Assembly (NCBI GenBank): GCA_031459715.1 | Contig: JAVKIA010000019.1 | Span: 1-45,499 of the forward strand | From: Candidatus Humicultor tengchongensis | GTDB taxonomy: Bacteria; Sysuimicrobiota; Sysuimicrobiia; Sysuimicrobiales; Humicultoraceae | Direction: 5' to 3' | Length of the DNA stretch: 45,499 nucleotides | Part shown: positions 1 through 9,576 of the stretch, piece by piece | Layout of the letters: each line of letters starts with the position of its first letter | Position numbering within the stretch: the first letter of the stretch is position 1 | Position numbers and translations under genes: made by a program | Notes under the pieces: model-generated | Told to the model about the DNA's origin: nothing | Database searches by the model: none | Seen by the model: the letters and a program-made list of their open reading frames with translations, nothing else

Positions 1-441
1 CCCCGCCTCGTCGCCGACCCCCGGGGGAAGGGCCAGCATGTCGGCGGCGGTGATCTCCGCAGGGACCAGCGCATACTCGCACAGGCCGCCGGGCGTAAGG
101 CGCGTGCGCTGCCAGGCGGGACAGTGCACGTACTGGCCCCGGCGGCAGGCGCGACAGCGCAGGCAGGGCGCGTGGTGGTGAACGAAAACCCGTGCACCCG
201 GCTCCAGGGCCACCCCCTCGCCAGCAGCCACCACCTCGCCCACCGGCTCGTGCCCCAGCACCAGCGGAGCCTTGCGCCTCATATACCAGGCCAGCGTTTC
301 GCTGCTGCACAGCCCGCAGGCACGGATGCGCACCAGTGCCTCCCCCGGGCCTGGGGCGCGCAGGGGGACGGTCTCCAGCCGGAGGTCGTCCGGGCCGTGG
401 AAGACGGCGGCGCGGGTCGCGGCGGGTAGCGTCAGCACCAC
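1..441 (-). CDS. Zn-dependent alcohol dehydrogenase (MDR family); only the N-terminal part is present, and the gene runs off the left edge
   Basis: The ORF track misses it because there is no stop codon inside the window. Reverse translation from GTG 441/438 gives VVLTLPAATRAAVFHGPDDLRLETVPLRAPGPGEALVRIRACGLCSSE...LGHEPVGEVVAAGEGV...CLRCRACRRGQYVHC. That is a GroES-like ADH domain with the catalytic GHE motif and the structural-Zn Cys cluster. Its start overlaps the stop of the upstream paralogue (GTGCTGA). Confidence 0.75.
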   Translation of the reverse strand, partial: MVLTLPAATRAAVFHGPDDLRLETVPLRAPGPGEALVRIRACGLCSSETLAWYMRRKAPLVLGHEPVGEVVAAGEGVALEPGARVFVHHHAPCLRCRACRRGQYVHCPAWQRTRLTPGGLCEYALVPAEITAADMLALPPGVGDEAG

Positions 442-1463
442 TCCGCCGCCTCGGGCATGATGGCCACCTTCACCGGACCACCGCGGTCCAGCTCCTGGAA
501 AACGCCGACGATCTCGTCCAGGGGGCGCACGGCGCTGATGATGGGCCGGACGTCGATGCGCCTCCCGGCGAGCCAGTGGTAGGCCTCGGTGACGTCGGCA
601 GGCGTGTAGTGAAACGCGCTCACCAGGTCCACCTCGCCGTAGTGCAACAGCGCGGCGTCGAAGGTGACCCGGCTGCCGCCGGCCAGCCCGCCGAAGAGCA
701 GGACCTTCCCGCCGGGGCGCACCCATTCCGGCGCCTGCTCCCAGATGTGGTCGGTCCCGGTGGACTCCACCACCACGTCAGGGCGCGCCCCCAGAGCGTC
801 CTCCACCTGCAGGGGAATCTCCCCCTGCTCGATCTCCACCGGTGCCCCGCCAAGCTCCGCCGCCAGCCGCAGCCGCTCCGGGCGCCGTCCCACCGCGGCG
901 ATGCGGTGCCCCAGGACCCGGCCGGTCAGCACCTGCAGCAGGCCGATGGCCCCCAGGCCCACCACCGCCACGGTGGATGGGACGGACAGCCCCAGCCGCC
1001 GCCACCCGTGGAGGACGCAGGCCAGAGGCTCCAGGAAGGCCGCCTCGATGTAAGAGAGGTCCGCCGGCTTGGGCAACAGGTGGCGCGCCACCACCGCAGG
1101 GGAAATCAGCAGGTAGTCGGCGTAGGCGCCCAGGACGATGTCCCGGAACAGGCGCTCACAGTGGTTCTCCGCCCCGGCACGGCAGGCGCGGCAGGTGCCG
1201 CAGGGCGCCGTGGGCACCAGCATGACCGCATCGCCGGGGGCGACCCCATCCACACCGGAGCCCACGGCCACCACATCGCCGGCGCACTCGTGCCCGAAGG
1301 GGCCCGCCGGCAGGCGGGGATGCCCGCGACGGTACGTCTTCAGGTCGGTGCCGCAGGTGAGCGCCGCGCGCACGCGCAGCAATACCTCGCCCGGACCAGG
1401 ACGCGGCACCGGCCGCTCCTCAATGGTGATCACGCGCGGGGATTTCAGGACCGCCTGGCGCAA
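432..1463 (-). CDS. Zn-dependent alcohol / threonine / sorbitol dehydrogenase-like oxidoreductase (MDR family)
   Basis: 343-aa ORF. It carries GHECAGDVVAVG, the structural-Zn motif CGTCRACRAGAENHC and a Rossmann VVGLGAIG. Composition is coding-like with high GC3. Confidence 0.85.
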   Translation of the reverse strand: MRQAVLKSPRVITIEERPVPRPGPGEVLLRVRAALTCGTDLKTYRRGHPRLPAGPFGHECAGDVVAVGSGVDGVAPGDAVMLVPTAPCGTCRACRAGAENHCERLFRDIVLGAYADYLLISPAVVARHLLPKPADLSYIEAAFLEPLACVLHGWRRLGLSVPSTVAVVGLGAIGLLQVLTGRVLGHRIAAVGRRPERLRLAAELGGAPVEIEQGEIPLQVEDALGARPDVVVESTGTDHIWEQAPEWVRPGGKVLLFGGLAGGSRVTFDAALLHYGEVDLVSAFHYTPADVTEAYHWLAGRRIDVRPIISAVRPLDEIVGVFQELDRGGPVKVAIMPEAAEWC

Positions 1464-1469
1464 ACGGGG

Positions 1470-2645
1470 TTACCCGTCCCCCGTCTCCACGGGAAGCTGC
1501 TGGTTCATCCACTCAATGATACCGCCGCGGAGGTTCAACGCCTCCCTGTACCCGGCGCCGCGCAGCAGCCGGACCACCTCCGCGCTGCGCGAGCCGACGG
1601 CGCAGTGGACCAGGACCGGACGCTGCGGGTCGATCTCCGTCAGCCGCTGCGACACCTCCCCCTTGGGGATGAGCACGGCGCCGGGAATGCGGGCCAGCAC
1701 CCACTCCCACGGTTCGCGCACATCGATCAACTGCGCTCCCTCCTGCAGCAGGCGGTAGGCTTCCTCGGGTTCGACCTCGGGGACCACCTCGCCGTCGCCG
1801 GCTGGGGCAGCGTGCCGCCCGGGCAGGCCGCAGAAGGCCTCGTAGTCGATCAGCGCGGTGATGGTGGGGTGGTCGCCGCAGACCGGGCAGTGGGGATTGC
1901 GGGCCCAGCGGACGACGCGAAACTCATTCTCCAGCGCGTCGAACAGGAGGAGGCGGTTGACCAGCGTCCGCCCGCAGCCCAGAAGCACCTTCACTGCCTC
2001 GGTGGCCTGCAGCGTGCCCATGAAGCCGGCCAGCGCTCCCAGGATGCCGCCCTCGGCGCAGGAGGGGACGACCCCCGGCGGCGGCGGCGTGGGGAAGAGG
2101 CACCGGTAGCACCCATACCCCGGCAGATACGTCGTGGCCTGCCCCTCCCACCTCAGGATGCTGGCATCGACCAGGGGCTTCTTGAGGAAGACGCAGGCAT
2201 CGTTGACCAGGTAGCGGGTGGGGAAGTTGTCGCTGCCGTTAATGACCAGGTCGAAGTCCCGGATGATCTCCAGCGCGTTCTCCGAGCTAAGCGTGGTCTG
2301 GAACGGGACGACCCGCACATCGGGGTTGAGGGCCTGCAGCGTGCGCGCGGCCGACTGAGTCTTGGGCCGGCCCAGGTCCCCCGTAACGTGCAGGATCTGG
2401 CGGTGCAGGTTGTTGAGCTCAACGCGGTCCCCATCCACGATGCCGATGGTGCCCACGCCGGCCGCCGCCAGGTAGAGTGCGGCCGGGCTGCCCAGGCCGC
2501 CGGCGCCCACCACCAGGACGCGGCTCTCCATCAGGCGCCGCTGCCCGGCCAGGCCCACCTCCTGCAGGATGATCTGGCGAGAGTAGCGGTCCATCTGCTC
2601 TCGAGAGAGCAGTGGGGCCTGTCGATTCTGCACCTGCGTGCTCAT
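1470..2645 (-). CDS. moeB: MoeB/ThiF-type adenylyltransferase fused to a C-terminal rhodanese domain (MoeZ/MoeBR-like)
   Basis: 391-aa ORF. It has the Rossmann motif GAGGLGSPAALYLAAAGVG, two CxxC pairs (CYRC, CPVC) and a C-terminal rhodanese domain with active-site loop HCAVGSRS. Confidence 0.85.
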   Translation of the reverse strand: MSTQVQNRQAPLLSREQMDRYSRQIILQEVGLAGQRRLMESRVLVVGAGGLGSPAALYLAAAGVGTIGIVDGDRVELNNLHRQILHVTGDLGRPKTQSAARTLQALNPDVRVVPFQTTLSSENALEIIRDFDLVINGSDNFPTRYLVNDACVFLKKPLVDASILRWEGQATTYLPGYGCYRCLFPTPPPPGVVPSCAEGGILGALAGFMGTLQATEAVKVLLGCGRTLVNRLLLFDALENEFRVVRWARNPHCPVCGDHPTITALIDYEAFCGLPGRHAAPAGDGEVVPEVEPEEAYRLLQEGAQLIDVREPWEWVLARIPGAVLIPKGEVSQRLTEIDPQRPVLVHCAVGSRSAEVVRLLRGAGYREALNLRGGIIEWMNQQLPVETGDG

Positions 2646-2685
2646 CTTTCGCAGAGACTACAATGACAGACGCCGGAAAGCGGTG

Positions 2686-3540
2686 TCAAGGAACGCCGGT
2701 CTCCCGCTGCACCAGTTCGCGGTAAGCCTGTCGCAGCCTGGCGGTCACCTCTCCGGGAGCGCGGCGCCATTCCTGGTCGATCTGCCCCACCGGGAGGACC
2801 TGGATTCCGGTGCTGGTTATGAAGGCCTCCGCGGCCGCCGGGAGGTCGCTCAGGCGCAGCGCTACCTCGCGACAGGGGATCTCCAGGGCGCGGCAGAGGT
2901 CCAGCACGGCGGCGCGGGTCACCCCCTGCAGAATCCAGGTGTCTGCGGGGTGGGTCCGCACCACCCCGTCGATCACCGCAAAGAAATTGGCCGCGGTGCA
3001 CTCGGTGATGGTTCCCTCCGGCCTGTACAGCAGCGCCTCCTCCGCTCCCGCCCGCGCCGCCTGCTCCCGCGCCAGCACGTTGGCCAGCAGCGCGGTGGTC
3101 TTGATGTCACAGCGCGCCCAGCGCAGGTCCGGGTGGGTGATGAGGCGTGCGCCCCGGGTGGCGAGTCCCTCATCCGGTGGCGGGGCCTCCCGCAGGGTCA
3201 TGATCAGCGTGGGCCGCGCCCCCCGGGGGAAGGCGTGCTGCCTCGCAGCGGTCCCCCGGGTGACCTGGATGTAGAGGACGCCCTGGGTCAGGCCGGAGGT
3301 GGCCAGCAGCCGCTGCGCCTCTTCGGCGATCTCGGCCAGGGGCAGCGGGGGGGCCAGGTCGATGGCCTGCAGGCTGCGGGCCAGCCGCTCCAGGTGGGGT
3401 CCGAGGCGGAAGTACCTGCCGCGCTCGAAGTGGACGACCTCGTAGACGCTGTCCCCGAACTGCAGCCCGCGGTCCTCCACCGAGACGCGGGCCTCCTCGA
3501 TGCTGCTGATGGCACCGTTGACGTAGGCGAGCCCTGACAC
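2686..3540 (-). CDS. Class IV (fold-type IV) PLP aminotransferase of the D-amino-acid / branched-chain aminotransferase family
   Basis: 284-aa ORF reading EDRGLQFGDSVYEVVHFERGRYFRLGPHLERLARS. GTG start with an AAGGAG site 8 nt upstream. The RGxQFGDxVYEV motif and the length look more Dat-like than IlvE-like, but I cannot settle specificity by eye. Confidence 0.8.
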   Translation of the reverse strand: MSGLAYVNGAISSIEEARVSVEDRGLQFGDSVYEVVHFERGRYFRLGPHLERLARSLQAIDLAPPLPLAEIAEEAQRLLATSGLTQGVLYIQVTRGTAARQHAFPRGARPTLIMTLREAPPPDEGLATRGARLITHPDLRWARCDIKTTALLANVLAREQAARAGAEEALLYRPEGTITECTAANFFAVIDGVVRTHPADTWILQGVTRAAVLDLCRALEIPCREVALRLSDLPAAAEAFITSTGIQVLPVGQIDQEWRRAPGEVTARLRQAYRELVQRETGVP

Positions 3541-3601
3541 GGTTCACGCTCCTTTCGCCACCAGATGCAGCCCGGTGGAGATTCCCGCGCACCGCCACGA
3601 C

Positions 3602-3631
3602 GCCCGGACGGTGCACGCGTGCCGTCCGGGC
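3602..3631 (-). terminator. Perfect 10-bp GC hairpin immediately after the livF stop; terminator-like or a processing/stability element, with no U-tract
   Basis: GCCCGGACGG-N10-CCGUCCGGGC. It sits 6 nt downstream of the livF stop and about 60 nt upstream of the aminotransferase start. Confidence 0.4.
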
Positions 3632-3637
3632 GAACCC

Positions 3638-4360
3638 TCAGCCACCCAGGTAGGCCCGGCGCACCCGCTCGTCGGCCACCAGCTGCGCCGGCGGCCCCTC
3701 CAGGGCAATGGTACCGGTCTCCAGCACGTAGGCGTAGTGCGCCACCCGCAGGGCCATGTGGGCGTTCTGCTCCACCAGCAGGATGGTGGTGCCTCCGGCG
3801 CTGATCTGGGCCAGGACGTCGAAGATGTTACGCACCAGCACCGGGGCCAGCCCCATGGACGGCTCGTCCAGGAGCATGAGCCGGGCGCGGCGCATCAGCG
3901 CCCGACCCAGGGCCAGCATCTGCTGCTCCCCACCCGAGAGCGTGGCCGCCAGCTGGTGGCGCCGCTCGGCCAGCCTGGGCAGGATGGTGAAGACCCGCTC
4001 CAGGTCGGCGGCCACTCCCGCCGCATCCCGTCGCCCCCAGGTGGCCAGGCGCAGGTTCTCCAGGACGGTGAGGTTGGCGAAGATCCCCCGGCCTTCGGGG
4101 ACGTGGGCGATGCCCCGCTCGACGATCTGGTGGGCCGGCACCCCCTTCAGGTCCGATCCGGCGTAAACGATGCGCCCCCGTTCCACGGGCACCAGCCCGG
4201 AGATAGCCCGCAGGGTGCTGGACTTGCCCGCACCGTTGGCGCCGATGAGGGTGACCACCTGCCCCTCCTCCACACGCAGGGAGATACCCTGGACGGCGCG
4301 GATGTTCCCGTAGGAGACCCACAGGTCCTCCACCCAAAGCAGCGGGAACGCGCCGCCCAT
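3638..4360 (-). CDS. livF: BCAA ABC transporter ATP-binding protein LivF
   Basis: This is the last 240 aa of track ORF 3638..6442. It has Walker A GANGAGKSS, signature LSGGEQQ and Walker B LMLLDEPS. ATG 4360 overlaps the stop of the upstream gene (ATGA). The upstream part of the track ORF is an out-of-frame shadow of livMG. Confidence 0.9.
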   Translation of the reverse strand: MGGAFPLLWVEDLWVSYGNIRAVQGISLRVEEGQVVTLIGANGAGKSSTLRAISGLVPVERGRIVYAGSDLKGVPAHQIVERGIAHVPEGRGIFANLTVLENLRLATWGRRDAAGVAADLERVFTILPRLAERRHQLAATLSGGEQQMLALGRALMRRARLMLLDEPSMGLAPVLVRNIFDVLAQISAGGTTILLVEQNAHMALRVAHYAYVLETGTIALEGPPAQLVADERVRRAYLGG

Positions 4361-6228
4361 CAGGCCACCGCCTCGCCCAGGTATGCCTCGATCACCCTGG
4401 GGTGGCGCTGGATCTCCGCCGGGGAGCCCTCGGCGATGGTGGCCCCGAAGTCCAGCACCGTTATGCGCTCGCAGATCCCCATGACCACGCGCATCTGGTG
4501 CTCGATCAGGACCACGGTCAGCCCGAACCGTTCCCGCACCCAGCGGATGTGGTGCAGCAGCGAGTCGATCTCGCTGGGGTTCATCCCTGCTGCCGGCTCG
4601 TCCAGCAGGAGCAGGACGGGCTCGCAGGCCAGGGCCCGGGCGACCTCCAGGCGCCGCTGTTCTCCATAGGGCAGGCCGCTGGCCGGGATGTCCGCGTAGC
4701 GGCCCAGGTGGAACACCTCCAGCAGTTCCAGCGCCCGGCGGCGGACCTCCTCCTCCGCACGCTGCACACCCCCGCTGCCCAGCGCGGCTGCCCACAGCGG
4801 ATAGCTCACCCGGGCATAGCGGGCGATGCGTACGTTGTCCAGCACGGAGAGATCCTTGAACAGCCGGATAGTCTGGAATGTCCGGGCAATCCCTCTGCGG
4901 ATGATCTCGTGAGCCGGCCGGCCCACCAGCTCGCGTCCCCGGAAGACGATACTGCCGGAGGTGGGTCGGTAGACTCCGGTGATCAGGTTGAACACCGTGG
5001 TCTTGCCAGCACCGTTGGGTCCGATGATGCCCACAATCTCTCCCGGAAAGACCTCCAGGTTGAAGTCCCAGACCGCGCGCAACCCGTCGAAGTAGTGGGT
5101 CAGTCCGCGCACGGCCAGCAGGGGCTGGCCGCCGGCGGCGGGGACCGGGACCGGAAGCCCGGCAGCCGCGGGCCGTTGCGGCTCGGCCGCTGCAGGGCTC
5201 ATCCCCGCAGGGACCACCGTCGCTTCTGGAGCCCGCGCGCCTGCCCCCCGCCCCGGGTCTGCGGCTGCCTGAGCCAGCGCCGCCTGGATCCCTTCCGGAC
5301 GCTCCTCGGGCGGTACGAGAACCTTCACTTCCCGCAGGCCCATCATGCCCCGCGGGCGGAAGATCATCAGCAGCACCAGCAGCAGCGGCCCGATCACCCA
5401 CCGCCAGACCTGCAGCGGCCGCAGCAGCTCCAGGACCACGGTGAAGGTCGCCGCCCCCAGCACAGACCCGGTGAGGCTGCCGATGCCCCCCAGGTACACC
5501 ATGACCAGCACGTCTGTGGACTTGAGGATACCGAAGGAGCGGGGGTTGATGAACTGGAGGACGTGGGCGAACAGCCCGCCGGCCACTCCGGCGAAGAACG
5601 AGGAGAGCATGAAGGTCATGACCTTGACCTGGCGGGTGTTCACGCTGACCAGCGCTGCGGCGGTCTCGTCCTCCCGGATAGCCTGCGTCCCCCGGCCGAA
5701 GTTGGAGTAGATGTAGTTGCGCAGGACGAACAGGGTGAGCACCACCCAGACGTACACCCAGGCGACGCTGGTCAGCCGGGGCATGCCCATCAGGCCCCGC
5801 GGCCCGCCCACGGCCTCGATGTTCTCCAGCACGCTCTTCACGATCATGTTGAAGGCCAGGGTGACGATGGCCAGGTAGTCGCCACGCGTCTTGAACGAGG
5901 GGACGGCCACCACCAGGCCGGCCAGGGAGGCGGCCAGGCCGCCCACCACCACGGCCAGGGGGAAGACCAGCGTCCCCCACTCCCGGGGGAAGACCCACAG
6001 GGTCATCAGGGAGGCCCCGTAGGCGCCCACGGCCATGAAGGCGGCGTGCCCCACCGAGAACTCCCCCATGTACCCGTTGACCAGGTTGAGGCTGGCGGTG
6101 AGGATGATGTTGATCCCCACGTACATCAGGACCTGTTGCTGGTAGAGGTTGAGCAGCCCCCACCGCGGCAGGAGCACCGCCAGGGGCAGAAAGGACAGGG
6201 CGATAAGGAATCCGCGCCAGCGCCGCAC
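4360..6228 (-). CDS. Fused LivM-type permease and LivG-type ATPase (BCAA ABC transporter)
   Basis: 622-aa ORF. The N-terminal ~300 aa are polytopic and LivM-like. An Ala/Pro-rich linker of about 60 aa follows. The last 254 aa form an ABC ATPase ([29 protein letters not shown]). There is no stop codon between the halves. Confidence 0.85.
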   Translation of the reverse strand: MRRWRGFLIALSFLPLAVLLPRWGLLNLYQQQVLMYVGINIILTASLNLVNGYMGEFSVGHAAFMAVGAYGASLMTLWVFPREWGTLVFPLAVVVGGLAASLAGLVVAVPSFKTRGDYLAIVTLAFNMIVKSVLENIEAVGGPRGLMGMPRLTSVAWVYVWVVLTLFVLRNYIYSNFGRGTQAIREDETAAALVSVNTRQVKVMTFMLSSFFAGVAGGLFAHVLQFINPRSFGILKSTDVLVMVYLGGIGSLTGSVLGAATFTVVLELLRPLQVWRWVIGPLLLVLLMIFRPRGMMGLREVKVLVPPEERPEGIQAALAQAAADPGRGAGARAPEATVVPAGMSPAAAEPQRPAAAGLPVPVPAAGGQPLLAVRGLTHYFDGLRAVWDFNLEVFPGEIVGIIGPNGAGKTTVFNLITGVYRPTSGSIVFRGRELVGRPAHEIIRRGIARTFQTIRLFKDLSVLDNVRIARYARVSYPLWAAALGSGGVQRAEEEVRRRALELLEVFHLGRYADIPASGLPYGEQRRLEVARALACEPVLLLLDEPAAGMNPSEIDSLLHHIRWVRERFGLTVVLIEHQMRVVMGICERITVLDFGATIAEGSPAEIQRHPRVIEAYLGEAVA

Positions 6229-6234
6229 CGACGG

Positions 6235-7137
6235 TCACACCTTCATGGCCACCGGACGGCCCAGGATGCCCGTCGGCCGGAAGATCAGGAAGACCAGCAG
6301 CAGGGAGAAGGCGACGAAGTCCCGGTAGGTCGACGGCAGGAGGATGGGGGTGAAGATCTCCACAGCCCCCAGGATGTAGCCGCCGATCATCGCCCCGCGG
6401 ATGTTCCCGATGCCCCCCACCACCGCGGAGATGAAGGCCCACCAGCCGATACGGATGCCCATGTAGGGATCGATGGTGTAGGCCATTCCGTAGAGGACTC
6501 CGCCCACGGCGGCAATGGACGCCCCCAGGGCGAAGGTCAGGGTGATGATCCGGTCCACCGGGACGCCCATCAGCGGTGCGGTGAACTTGTCCCAGGAGAC
6601 CGCGCGCATGGCCATCCCCGTCATGGTCCGGCGCACGATGGCATCCAGCAGCAGCATCACCAGCGCCGAGAGGACGATGGTCTGGGCCTGGACGGTAGAG
6701 ATGACCACGCCGCCCAGGACGATACGCCCCACCGGCACCAGAGGTGGGAGGAACCGGGGCTCGGGCCCGATGGTGGCCAGGGTGAAGTTCTCCAGGAACA
6801 GCCCCACGCCCAGAGCGGTGATCACCGCAGAGACCCGCGGCGCCTGGCGCAGCGGCTTGTAGGCCACGCGCTCGATCACCGCCGCCAGCGTGGCCGTCCC
6901 CAGCACCGCCGCCAGCAGTGTGGCCAGGAACACCGGGACCGCCCCCAGGTGCAGTGTCGAGCCCAGCAGGGCCACCCCCACGAAGAACGCGATATAGGTG
7001 CTGACCATGAAGATGTCCCCGTGGGCGAAGTTGATCATGGTGAGGATGCCGTAGACCATGGTGTAGCCCAGGGCGATGAGCGCGTAGACGCTGCCCACCT
7101 GCAGAGCGTTGAGAAGGTACTGAACGGCCAGGCCCAC
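6235..7137 (-). CDS. livH: BCAA ABC transporter permease LivH
   Basis: 300-aa polytopic ORF (MGLAVQYLLNALQVGSVYALIALGYTMVYG...) with a GTG start. It lies between the binding-protein gene and livMG. Confidence 0.9.
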   Translation of the reverse strand: MGLAVQYLLNALQVGSVYALIALGYTMVYGILTMINFAHGDIFMVSTYIAFFVGVALLGSTLHLGAVPVFLATLLAAVLGTATLAAVIERVAYKPLRQAPRVSAVITALGVGLFLENFTLATIGPEPRFLPPLVPVGRIVLGGVVISTVQAQTIVLSALVMLLLDAIVRRTMTGMAMRAVSWDKFTAPLMGVPVDRIITLTFALGASIAAVGGVLYGMAYTIDPYMGIRIGWWAFISAVVGGIGNIRGAMIGGYILGAVEIFTPILLPSTYRDFVAFSLLLVFLIFRPTGILGRPVAMKV

Positions 7138-7168
7138 GGCCCCCGCCTATCTTCCCCCCCGCACGGCC

Positions 7169-7209
7169 GGGGGCTCCCCCGGCCGGCTGCGCCGGACGGG
7201 AGAGCCCCC
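7169..7209 (-). promoter_or_regulatory. Strong intercistronic hairpin (13-bp stem) between the binding-protein gene and livH
   Basis: Minus-strand RNA GGGGGCUCUCCCG-(loop CCGGC GCA GCCGG)-CGGGGGAGCCCCC, starting about 10 nt after the livK-like stop. This position is typical of elements that uncouple binding-protein and permease expression. Confidence 0.5.
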
Positions 7210-7219
7210 GCGTCTTCCC

Positions 7220-8395
7220 TTAAGGCTGCGCGGTGGAGTGATAGCGGAACTTACCCTCCCTGATCTGGATGATCACTGCGCTCTTCACCGGATCCCCGGT
7301 CCCCTTGAACTGCATCACGCCGGTCACCCCCTCGTACTGGGTGATGCCGGCCAGCGCGTCCCGCACCGCCTGGCGGTCCAGCCGCCCCGCGGCCCGGATG
7401 GCCTGGAAGGCCAGGCCGAAGGAGTCGTAGGTCAGCGCCGCCACGTCGTCGGGGGTCTTGCCGTACTTGCTCTCGTAGGCCTTGATGAAGGCCTGAGCCT
7501 TGGGCGTGGCGATGTCGGTGGCGTAGTGGGTGGTGAAGTACAGGCCCTCGCAGTCCTTGCCGCACAGGGTAATCAGCTCCAGGTTGCCCCAGGAGTCGCT
7601 GCCGAAGATGACGCCGGCAAAACCCAGGCGGCGCGCCTGCTGCACCTGCAGGGGTACCTCGCTGTAGTAGTTGGGCAGGAAGAGGGAGTCAGCGCCCGCC
7701 GCGCGGATCTTGGTGAGCTGAGAGGAGAAGTCCTTGTCGCCGGTGGTGTAGGTCTCGAAGGCGACCACGGAGACGCCGGCAGCCTCGATGGTCTTCTTGT
7801 ACACCTCGGCAATGCCTTTGTTGTACTCGGAGGCCACGTCGTAGAGCACCGCGGGCTTGGTGGTCTTCAGTTCCTGCAGGGCGAACTTGGCCGCCACCAC
7901 TCCCTGGAAGTCGTCTATGAAGGCGGCGCGGAAGACGAACTTCTTGGGCTGGCCGGTGGCGGCGTCGATGGTGGTCTTCACCGCGGTGGACCAGGGGCTG
8001 ATCATGGGCAGTTTGGCCGACTCGGCCACCTCCGCAGCCGGGATGGCGTTGCGGCTGGCGTTGGGCCCGATCATGAGCAGCACGCCGGCGGTATTCAGCT
8101 TGTGGGCTGCCGCGGCGGCGGACTCGGCCTTGTCCTCGTTGTCCTCCACCAGCAGCTCCACCCGGTACTTCCGGCCGCCCACGTCCAGTCCGCCGGCGGT
8201 GTTCACCTCCGCCACGGCCAGCTCGGCGCCGTTCTTGCAGGAGGCGCCCACCACCGGGATGCCTCCGGTGAGCTCGGCGTTCAGGCCGATGCGGATCACC
8301 GCGGGCGCCGGTGCCCGTGTGCGGGCAACCAGCACCACGACGACGGCTGCCACGACCACGATGACAGCCGCGACCAGCAGAGACCGCGTCCTCAT
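7220..8395 (-). CDS. BCAA (Leu/Ile/Val) ABC transporter substrate-binding protein with an N-terminal membrane anchor or signal
   Basis: LivK/LivJ-type periplasmic binding protein (IRIGLNAELTGGIPVVGAS..., ...FFLPNYYSE...). The N-terminal hydrophobic stretch is LLVAAVIVVVAAVVVVLVA. I prefer ATG 8395 (GGGGG Shine-Dalgarno 8 nt upstream) over the track start GTG 8404. Confidence 0.85.
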   Translation of the reverse strand: MRTRSLLVAAVIVVVAAVVVVLVARTRAPAPAVIRIGLNAELTGGIPVVGASCKNGAELAVAEVNTAGGLDVGGRKYRVELLVEDNEDKAESAAAAAHKLNTAGVLLMIGPNASRNAIPAAEVAESAKLPMISPWSTAVKTTIDAATGQPKKFVFRAAFIDDFQGVVAAKFALQELKTTKPAVLYDVASEYNKGIAEVYKKTIEAAGVSVVAFETYTTGDKDFSSQLTKIRAAGADSLFLPNYYSEVPLQVQQARRLGFAGVIFGSDSWGNLELITLCGKDCEGLYFTTHYATDIATPKAQAFIKAYESKYGKTPDDVAALTYDSFGLAFQAIRAAGRLDRQAVRDALAGITQYEGVTGVMQFKGTGDPVKSAVIIQIREGKFRYHSTAQP

Positions 8396-8611
8396 GAAGA
8401 TCACCCCCTGCTATCGTCTGCCGTGCTCGATCCACAGGTGGGAGGGAGTGCCTGGCGCTGCCGTGGGAGGGCCTGCCCCGCGCTGCGCCGGCACGGCTAC
8501 TGAACTCAATGCTCGCATGGCGCCCCTCGTCCCGTCAAAGGGAAGGAAAGGGAGTCTCCGGATTCGGGGCGGCCTCCCGGTGCCGGGGCAGGGTCCGGCC
8601 TGGCGCCGCCG

Positions 8612-9574
8612 TCAGCCCGGGATGCCTCCCCGCGATCCGCTCCGGTAGGCCAGCACCGCCCGGGCCTGCTCGTCGGCGTGGTAACTCGAGCGCACCAGCG
8701 GGCCGGACTCGACGTACTTGAAGCCGCGGCGCAGCCCTTCGTCACGGAGGCTGCGGAACTCCTCCGGCGTGTAGTAGCGGTCGATGGGATGGTACCCGGG
8801 CCCTGGCCGCAGGTACTGCCCCAGCGTCAGGATGTCAACGTCGACGGCCCGCAGGTCTTCCATGGTCTGCAGCAGTTCCTCCCAGGTCTCCCCCATCCCC
8901 AGGATGATCCCGCTCTTGGTGAAGCAGGTGTACCCCCACTCCTTCACCCGACGCAGCAGCTCCAGGGAGCGGTCGTAGCTGCCGCCGTGGCGCACCACCT
9001 TGAACACCCGGCGGACGCTCTCGATGTTGTGGCCGAGAATCTCCGGGTCGGCCTCCAGCACGGTGCGCAGCGCGGCGGCGTCTCCCTTGAAGTCGGGGAC
9101 CAGCACCTCCACGGTGCAGCCGGGGAAGATTTCCCGGATACTGCGGATGGTCCGGGCGTAGATGCCGGCGCCGCCGTCTCTCAGGTCGTCGCGGTTCACC
9201 GAGGTGATCACGGCGTGACGCAGCCCCATGGCCGCCACGGCGCGGGCGACCCGCTCCGGCTCCTGCACGTCCAGCTCGGTGGGCAGCCCGTGGGCGATGG
9301 CGCAGTAGGCGCAGTTGCGGGTGCACAGGTTGCCCAGGATGAGGAAGGTGGCGGTGCGGCGCCCCCAGCACTCGCCGATGTTGGGGCAGCGCGCCTCCTC
9401 GCAGACGGTGTGCAGGGTCTGCGTGCGCATGATGCCCACCAGGTCCTGGTAGGCGCCACCCCCAGGCAGCCGGACTTTGAGCCATGCAGGCCGGCGCGCC
9501 CCATCAAGCGGAGGGACGGAAGGCGAGACCTGGGGTGGCGGGAGGGAACGAGTTTCACCGGGAGCGAGGGCCAT
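8612..9574 (-). CDS. lipA: Lipoyl synthase
   Basis: 320-aa ORF with [12 protein letters not shown] and the radical-SAM motif CTRNCAYC. The start lies 2 nt after the E2 stop. Confidence 0.95.
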   Translation of the reverse strand: MALAPGETRSLPPPQVSPSVPPLDGARRPAWLKVRLPGGGAYQDLVGIMRTQTLHTVCEEARCPNIGECWGRRTATFLILGNLCTRNCAYCAIAHGLPTELDVQEPERVARAVAAMGLRHAVITSVNRDDLRDGGAGIYARTIRSIREIFPGCTVEVLVPDFKGDAAALRTVLEADPEILGHNIESVRRVFKVVRHGGSYDRSLELLRRVKEWGYTCFTKSGIILGMGETWEELLQTMEDLRAVDVDILTLGQYLRPGPGYHPIDRYYTPEEFRSLRDEGLRRGFKYVESGPLVRSSYHADEQARAVLAYRSGSRGGIPG

Positions 9575-9576
9575 GG

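Noticed and set aside
192-2666. An 824-aa plus-strand ORF. Similar very long antisense ORFs occur at 4402..7263 (953 aa), 24034..26853 (939 aa), 14591..16396 (601 aa), 37364..39136 (590 aa) and 39994..41067 (357 aa).
   Set aside because: These are typical high-GC shadow ORFs lying antisense to well-supported genes. Their translations are Arg/Pro/Gly/His-rich low-complexity strings with no motifs. They lack the GC3 pattern of the true frames.
2651-2689. TTGACA at 2689..2684 (minus strand) as a moeB promoter
   Set aside because: No acceptable -10 hexamer lies at 16-19 nt spacing (only CATTGT/ATTGTA-like strings). The leader would be under 25 nt with no clear Shine-Dalgarno. This is too weak to annotate.
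4361-6442. N-terminal 694 codons of track ORF 3638..6442, which would make a 934-aa LivF
   Set aside because: This stretch runs out of frame across livMG and livH and reads as low-complexity nonsense. LivF homology starts at ATG 4360, which overlaps the livMG stop.
8405-8611. A possible riboswitch or T-box in the ~200-nt leader of the Liv binding-protein gene. ppGpp riboswitches are known upstream of BCAA transporters.
   Set aside because: I found no CUAGGGUUCC core, no T-box GGUGGUACC sequence and no terminator with a U-tract. The only features are generic GC-rich pairing potential and repeated CUCCCAC strings. The evidence is insufficient to call a feature.
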